Shown: positions 56,435-64,000 of the stretch, piece by piece
How the letters are laid out: every line of letters begins with the position of its first letter
Position numbering within the stretch: position 1 is the first letter of the stretch
Source of the DNA: the human T2T-CHM13v2.0 reference genome, Homo sapiens
Assembly (NCBI RefSeq): GCF_009914755.1
Contig: NC_060930.1
Reading direction: 5' to 3' (one strand)
DNA: 64,000 nucleotides
The notes under the pieces: model-generated
What the model was told of the DNA's origin: nothing
What the model saw: the letters and a program-made list of their open reading frames with translations, nothing else
Databases searched by the model: none
Position numbers and translations under genes: made by a program

Positions 56435-57659
56435 TCATTTTATTTTATTTTATTTTTGAAGGTGTTGTAATGCCTTTAAAGGGTTCTACATGAGGGATAA
56501 TGTGATTTGCACCTTAAAAAGGTCAGTGTGGTAGCAACAACCAGATTCAAGAACTGGAATCTCATCAGAAAGACCTAAACATGTAATAGTATGCCTAAAT
56601 ATGCTTGGATATTAGTCAACCAATCAAGAAATATTTATTGCATACCTACGTGTACAATAATGTGGAAAGATTTAGATTTTAGTGCTATATTAACATACAT
56701 ATTTATGGAGAGATCAAACACATTATATATTCAGGAAAACAAATTTGTGTATGTAATTTTTTAATCCAAAATGCAATAACAAGTGTTTAAAATAAATAAG
56801 TCTCAGAAAGGCTTCACTTAAATTTAATTTCAGACTTAAAATAATGTCATAAACATTGTCTTCACTCTAAGATTTATAAGATAAGTGAAATGATGTAATA
56901 AAATGCCAACTTTTCACCCCTTTCAATTTAAGCTAAATTCAGTTTTCAAAGATAGGTGTGATGGAAATTCATTTTTAATTTTCTCTATACTGCGTGTCAC
57001 CAAAAAAACCAACATGATATACTCAACTAATCTAGTTCAAAGTTCCAGTTCTCAAAAATATGAAGGTTCTCTGATTTGTAAATAGACCTAAACTTTATTG
57101 TCATGGCTCATAATAAATCCTGGGAGAAAGAAAAATGGCCAGAATATATTTTATTCAGAAATCAATTAGGACCACTGAGAATTATTTAAATGTGATAATT
57201 TGAGGGGATACACACAGGGAGGAAAGTGTCTGAGAATAAAATCATTTTCTTTATACATAAACTAAATTTTATTCTCTTTAAGAAATAAGGCCTTTAAGAA
57301 AATCACCATTCTGCTTGTCCCTATATTCTTCTATAAGAAAATAGTGATTATGTGAAATTCCTTAAAATTTCTATAATAAAGACCAAAATATAATGTTAAA
57401 TCAAGCAAGTGTTACAACATCCATTTGACTATGTTAAAAAGATCAAAATATGTTACATAAAACTGATATCACAGAGTAATCATGCATGGTTTAACTGGCT
57501 AATATCTCTCCCTTACCTCTTCCTGAAGTGCTCATGCTAACACTAGAGATAACTGACCAGAAAAATCCAAGGCACTGGGAAAATGAAATAAAGGAAACAA
57601 ATACTGAATAAAAATGTTAGTTTCGCTATGTACTTTTTTCATTGTATATGTACTTTTTC

Positions 57660-58230
57660 ATTAGATAATTATTTCTCGAGCACCTGATATGTACAAGAGA
57701 TGAAAAACATAAAACAAAGTTGATGTCTTCATGGAAAACAGGCTAGTATGGAAGAAAGACACTAAACAAGCATATGGAACAGTGACCAAAGTGCTAAGGC
57801 AAGGAGGCAAAGGAGTTAACGAACAGAAGGGTAGAGACGGGGTAATTAGGTCAGCCTCTGAGAAGGCAAAATATGAGTAGAGACCAGAATGGGAAGATGG
57901 AGGTAATGCCATTCCAGGCGGAGGGAATGACAGGCACAAAGACTTTGAGATACGAATGATCTTGGAGCATTCCACGATCAGAAAGCTGAATGAGGGAGGC
58001 AGAGAGCAGAAGACAATTTAACGTGGAGCTAGCCAATAACTGGATTTGGATTTTATTGACTCCATTGAGAAGCCAGTGGAGGATATGGGGTAGAATTCCT
58101 AAGTTCCTGATATCTGACATGTGTTTTTAAAAGATCAGTCTGCTGTGAGGAGAAGAGCCTCAGAGAGGTAATAAGGGAAGCTGGGAGAAGTGTGGGGAGG
58201 TCCATGTTTGAGGAGGGAGACAGGGAAAGC
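57660..58230 (-). mobile_element. L2 fragment
   Basis: gagcacctgatatgt...cattccaggcggagggaatgacaggcacaaagactttgag. Confidence 0.68.
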
Positions 58231-60689
58231 ATGGATTTTTAGCAGTGCTTCCCAAATGCTTTTATATTATGAAAAACAAACAGGAGATGACAACAACTGT
58301 GTGGCACCTTGAAGTAAAAAGACAACTGTCATAGTTCCAGGCTCCACCCTATAGGCTAGGTTATCACACTACAAATTTTTCAACACCTGCAATACCACTG
58401 TCAGGGAACACCAGTATGCCACAGCTCAAAACCACTAAACTAAGAGTGAGAAATTGTCAGATTGGGACAGGTTGCTTAAAAATAGAATATGAAGAGGAAA
58501 GCTTTTCACAATAACCTAATTAAGGAAACCAAAACATTATGTATTATGATTCCACTGAATATCAAGTTTAATATGCACATGCACACACACATATATAATG
58601 TACATATATGCACATACATACATGCATATGTATGTGCCACCTGTCAAAATATTAGGAGTCATCTCTAGAAAGCAGAAGGTGAGATTATGGATTACTTTCA
58701 TTTTCTGTGTATTTCTTCAATGATTTCGTTACTTACAGTAAGTTTGCACTGGTTAAGTAACACGAATAGAGAGAGGCAAAAAATTTCAAGTATGTTTTAG
58801 AAGTATAATTCAGTGTGTGTTCAATTTTCATTCTTTTATGTGAAAATCATAAATCCCTAGGAAAGGGCCATAAAAATTCTAAGTATACTACCTTTCTAGC
58901 AGTTGAAGATATAACTTAAAACATTCTTTCCTTTTCATTTAAAGAAAGTTAAAAGGAAACTAAAAAAATGTGACTTCCTTCTGTAACATAAGAACCCTTC
59001 CACACAACTGCTTTCATTTTCCAGTCCATAACATATGTAAAGCAAACGTACAACATGGACGTAATTTCATAGGAAAGGCCTTAAACTATATAGACCCAAT
59101 TAACAGTAGTCATCTTGGGGGAGAAATTGAATGAAATGGGTGAAATGAGTTTCACTTTTCATTTTACTGATGTCTGTATTTGAATATTTATAAGTATTTA
59201 TCAAAATATAATTGCATAATTTAGAAAATCTTTTTTTAGACCTATAGAGTATATTATTCTCTGGATTACACTTCTGATGACATGGCTTCCTAAAATATAT
59301 TTTTTTTTATTCTATTTTTTAAAAGATTGGATTTCATTCTAAATGTAACAGAACAGGCTTATAGCAGAGGAGTGACATAATCTGAATTATGATCTGAAGA
59401 AGTTTGTTTTGATGACTGTGAGAAGTGGTTTGTGGGAGACCAAGATCCAGAAGCAGAGACAATGTTAAGGAGACCACTGCAGTTGTTGAAGGAAAAGATG
59501 ACGGCATTAACCCTGAGGATGCCCAAAAATAAAATAGAGAAGATGGCCTTTATCATTGCTACCCACAATATCTAGCATAGCAAATGGCATGTAGTAAGCC
59601 TCCTATAAAGAGGTATTCGGGTAAGAAAGTTAGGAAGAGAGGCCAGCCATCCAGAAGGCTGGGATGGAGATTACCGCTTTTCTAATTGGAGCTGGAGAAG
59701 CGAAACATGTTTCTTGAAGATGCTTGTATAATGTCCATTTATGAAAGCAGTTTCCTAATCTCCTAATAAATAAAAGACTCATATAACCACTACCACAACA
59801 AATTTGGAAGCAGGGACAACAAAAATTATTTCAAAACAAGCTTAGTTCTCCGTTCAACTCCAGTATTTAAGCATGTGGTCCCTGAACTTTCATGTACATT
59901 CACTGAACTTTCATGTACATTAGAAGATGCTGCAAAAATATAGGAAGTTGTAGTAAGTTACTTTAAAGACACCTAAAAAATACTGCTTTAGCAAGCTTAA
60001 CATTTAATGATATAGTTGTCCTCTAAGATCTGAAAATAAAAATTTAAATTGCAAAACAAACATGCATTTTCTTAGTTTTTCCATCTCTTTTTATGTATAG
60101 GCTGAGGTCTCTACTTAGTATTTCATCCTGAGCTTATATAGCAATAGTTTCTGTTTTACCCCTCTTGATCTGTCAATCTATCAAGCCTCTAAACTTCATT
60201 TTCTATTTTACCCATCCAAATTTAAATTCCATGTTGTCTTTATTTATTTTATATTCCAAGCTCAGTGCTCCAAATAAAACTTTCAAAAAAGAAAAACCCA
60301 TCAATTTTTGTTCAAACATATTAGATGATTCATTGTTGTATTTCTTTTGGTTCATATGATTAAAGATGTAAAAGCAGAAATCAATACTTATACAGATTTT
60401 TCAATAGTTATATGGATTTAAAATTTGAGAATAATGTTCTAGAGGGCAAAAGATGTTAAAAACACTATAACAAAAAACAGCAAATTTTCCAAACTAGCAC
60501 TTAAGATATTTTATTACATAATATGGTGAAACACTACATTGTACATTGACAGGTATATTTTATTATAATTTCTTTATGAAATCCATTGTCTCCAAACTTG
60601 AATTAGCAAAATGTTTGTAACACAGTAAAAACTAGCCAGATGTCTATAGTTATTACAGGGGAAGTACTGTGTGCAGAGCTTCAGTCTAG

Positions 60690-60880
60690 AGCAAAACTGT
60701 CCAGCAAAATTGTCTGCCACAAGAAAAATGTTCTGTATCTGTCTACATAGTAGCCACTAACCAGCCACCTGCAGGCATCAAGCACTTAAAATGTGGATAG
60801 TGCAAATGAATAAATACATTTTTAATTTTAATTTTAATAATTGCATCTGGCTAGTGACTAGCTCATTGAACAGCAGAACT
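60690..60880. mobile_element. MER3 (hAT-Charlie)
   Basis: ctgtccagca...tagtagccacta...agcacttaaaatgtggatagtg...tggctagtgacta...tgaacagcag. Confidence 0.72.
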
Positions 60881-62463
60881 TTTAAATATGAATTTTGACA
60901 AATTTGGGCAATAGCTTTTGGAGCTATATTAACAGTTAAAAGCAAAAAGAAGCAACTGGTGGGTCAAGCAAACTTTCATATAAGACACAAATTCCACAAG
61001 AATCAAGAATATAGGCTCTACTCTTAAGCACAGCATCAAGTTGGGCCCTTACATGGTGGGCTAATTATTTCATGGCACCAACAAGCAAGAATGACATGAT
61101 TATGCCTAGAATCCAATACCAGGAGTTACTCAGCCTGAGAAAACTCTCCACATGTGCAAATGACAAAACTGATCAAGTGTGCTTTATGTGGATCAGGCAA
61201 TGCTGTATGGCTTGGTATTACAGTCAAATATTACTTTCCAGGTTTGGATTCATCCCAATTTTATGGATGACAAATTAAGCAGCATAGTGAAAGTTAAACT
61301 GCAACTCAAAACTGTTGATACACCAATTTTATGTAGTTTCCAACCTGTTTTCTCCCTAGGTTTAAAATGTGAGACAGCCTCAATATTAAATTATTGAAAC
61401 CAAATAAGTTCATAGAAGCAAAAATATATTATGCACTATACTCTCTTAAAAAAGGATTTTTTATCTCAAGAGAATCACACTGACAGACTTAATATGTAAT
61501 CATTGATCTTCAATATCTGTTATCTTATCCTAAATTTTTGGCCTTTTTGTTTTCTAGAAATGAGTTATTTTAAAGAGTGTTCGACTCCCCACATACTAAA
61601 ACAACACTAACTTCCCAAAGAAAAGAACAGAGTGTTTACTTAATCTTTCATATAGGTAAGCCCTAAACTAGACCCAACTACAGAGCTATGGAGGGGGCAA
61701 GGCAAAGAAGGAGGGAGAGGGAGAGAATGACAGACACTGTCTCCAAAACCAACTAAACTCTCAGTTGCTTTGGAAAATCAGTTTAGGACTAGACACTTAG
61801 ACATCAGGAATTCCTACCTTTCTGTTTAATGTGATGCATTTATACGAAAAGTCTTTTTTGTGAAATAAATTTTGTAAATGAAATACCCTTTCAGTCTTTT
61901 TTATAATACAAAGTTAAATGGTACTTCTTTTTTTTTTTTCCCAAGAATTTTTAGGTGGGTCCAAAACCAATAACCAAAAAAAAAAAAAAAAAAGTCTAAG
62001 TGCTTTACATTCTAGATAATTCATAAAAAACTGGGCCAATTTTCCTTGAGTGTTTGCTGGGAGGTGGCAGACCCACGTCTACCATAGTCTTTCACCTTCA
62101 TACACCCAGCTGATCTGAACTGAGCCCTGAGGACCAGGCAGAGAAGTCCAGTACTGATAGTGATGAGCTTCCTTGCCTCCACAAAGGAAGGGAAGCGAGT
62201 GCTCACCCCACAGGAACGCTCCCTGGGCCAAACACAAGGAAGACTGTAGAAGAATCAGTCAAGACTGGGGTGCCTATGAGAAGAGGTGGCTGGCAACTGA
62301 CTTCTGGATAAATGCTTCATGACAGAGTTCTTGGGAGGACTTGGTAAAAAGTCCTAAGAAGGAAGAGGCAATTTCTTTCTCATTATAGAGACTATTAATG
62401 AGGGAACACTTGCTGCTGTAGCCTGTAGCAGTAGAACCAGAAGAGACCAGAATACAGTGAGCC

Positions 62464-62881
62464 CAGTAGTCTGCTGGTAAATGTTCAACAAATGGCAGGG
62501 AATGACAGATCATGGTTTGTGGCACTTGTTGATTTCAGAGGTAGAAATGCTCTCACCATGGCCAATTTCAAGCTACTAGTGTGAAGTTAAAGAATGTGGA
62601 GTGGGGAGAGATGTGCAGTAGCACACCATTATACGGTATTATCTACCATAAAAATACAGCAGATATAAAGCAATATCAGGAGCACAGGTAATAACAAAAT
62701 GCAGCAAAATAATAAGAAAGTGATATTTTAAATATTTAGTACAGTTTCTAAAATAATCTTTTTGATTAATCACTTACATAATATAATTAGTAATGATTGT
62801 GTTAACAACAAGATCACAACTTCCTAAAAATTTAACAGTTAGCATTTGAGAGTCTGTACAAGCCGCTCTTGCACACCAGTG
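62464..62881 (+). mobile_element. MER63B-like hAT element
   Basis: cagtagtctgctggtaaatgtt...caccatggccaatttcaagcta...gatgtgcagtagcacaccatta...gcacaccagtg. Confidence 0.75.
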
Positions 62882-63601
62882 GTGTGCCTGATAAGTGTAT
62901 GGGAGTTTTTCTGCTGTCATGAGGACACAGAAGAGGTTTTCCTGTCTTCACATGAAAGAGTACCTTGTAGAGGTGGCACTGGGACTCTAAGGGCTTCCCA
63001 GGCAGCATCTAAGTGAGAGACCACCACCGTTGGAAAGGCCAGAGTAGTGAACCACTTTGCTCCAGAAGAAGCACAGCTGTTTCTTTCCAAGGAGGTCCTT
63101 GAAGATAGAGGAGGTTGGTATGAAGCAGACTACTACATCAAGCAAACTACCCTGCCAACAATGAGAAAAAAGCCATACCCATCAGTGGAGATTGGCAGCA
63201 AAGCTAAAACATGACAAAAGAAGAAAAGCCAGAGGAAGATGGGGGGTCCTCCCCACATCTGATGTAGGTCCAGTTAACGAAGAAGATGCCTGCCTCCCTT
63301 ATGTCTGTTCCAAACTCAGGAGTGATATTATTTGGAGTATTGTACTAAGCACCCACTGCTAACAAGGAAATTAAAAATAAGCAAAGATAAGTTTTTCTTT
63401 AAAGAAGAACAGCCCACTATTTTAAATATTGATATCAGATACACAGTAATACATGCAGTTCTGTTACTTCTAGGTAAGCATTTTGCCATCATATATTTAC
63501 AGCAAATGCAAAAAACTGTACAGTGCTTTAAATACATAAGTCGTCATCATTAAGAATATATTTACTTTGGATAGGTCTTTATAGTTTACAAAGTATTTTT
63601 A

Positions 63602-63771
63602 ATTTTATTATTTTTTTAGAGACAGGGTCTTGCTATGTTGTCCAGGCTCGAGTGCAGTGGCTATTCACAGGCATGATCATAGTGCACTACAAACTTAAAC
63701 TCCTAGGCTCAAGCAATCCTCCCACTTCAGTGAATAACTGGGACTACAGGCATGCACCACCATACCTGGCT
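63602..63771 (-). mobile_element. FAM (fossil Alu monomer)
   Basis: Monomer retaining 7SL-like segment gagtgcagtggctattcacaggcatgatcatagtgcactaca. Confidence 0.8.
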
Positions 63772-63830
63772 CACAGAGTATATTCATGAACATTACTTCA
63801 TTTGATCCCCATAAAACACTTGCTAGGTGT

Positions 63831-64000
63831 TAATATGGTTTGGTTGTGTCCCCACCCAAATCTCATCTTGAATTGTAACTCCCACAATTCCCATGTGTCC
63901 TGGGAGGAACCTCATGGGAGATAATTGAATCATGGAGGCAGGTATTACCCATGCTGTTCTTGTGATAGTGAATAAATCTCACGAGATCTGATGATTTTTA
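63831..64000 (+). mobile_element. THE1 LTR, cut by window end
   Basis: taatatggtttggttgtgtccccacccaaatctcatcttgaattgtaactcccacaattccc. Confidence 0.9.

Noticed and set aside
57517-57522. Possible 6-nt micro-exon cttcag|GAAGAG|gtaagg
   Set aside because: No pyrimidine tract upstream; too little information to support
58570-58640. Hairpin gcacatacata...tatgtatgtgc
   Set aside because: By-product of a (TACA)n/(TATG)n microsatellite

Overview
Primate (very likely human) genomic DNA: an AT-rich, repeat-dense 64 kb stretch lying inside the receptor tyrosine phosphatase gene PTPRK (R2B family), transcribed on the minus strand. Three coding exons can be read directly, with canonical AG/GT ends and matching phases: 41719-41638 (82 nt, end of MAM domain), 39267-39152 (116 nt) and 18220-18046 (175 nt, Ig domain). 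These are exons 4-6 by my recollection of the gene. Everything else is intron, filled with Alu/FLAM/FAM, L1PA/L1M/HAL1, L2, MIR, THE1 and MLT2/ERVL LTRs and MER DNA transposons. Repeat subfamily names are by eye and approximate. Nearly all ORFs in the supplied track are spurious or repeat-derived. I see no clearly novel multi-gene system. The best leads concern RNA processing: (i) two in-frame, stop-free candidate micro-exons (36 nt in the Ig domain, 48 nt at the MAM-Ig junction) and a candidate 44-nt poison exon; (ii) a recursive-splice-like AG|GTAATA start of exon 4; (iii) inverted Alus around the frame-symmetric exon 4+5 block. Also notable are a TSD-bounded L1 with its 5'UTR fused directly to ORF2, a pre-miRNA-sized hairpin and a Pbx-Hox/Meis enhancer-like block. 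All are hypotheses that need RNA-seq or conservation checks.
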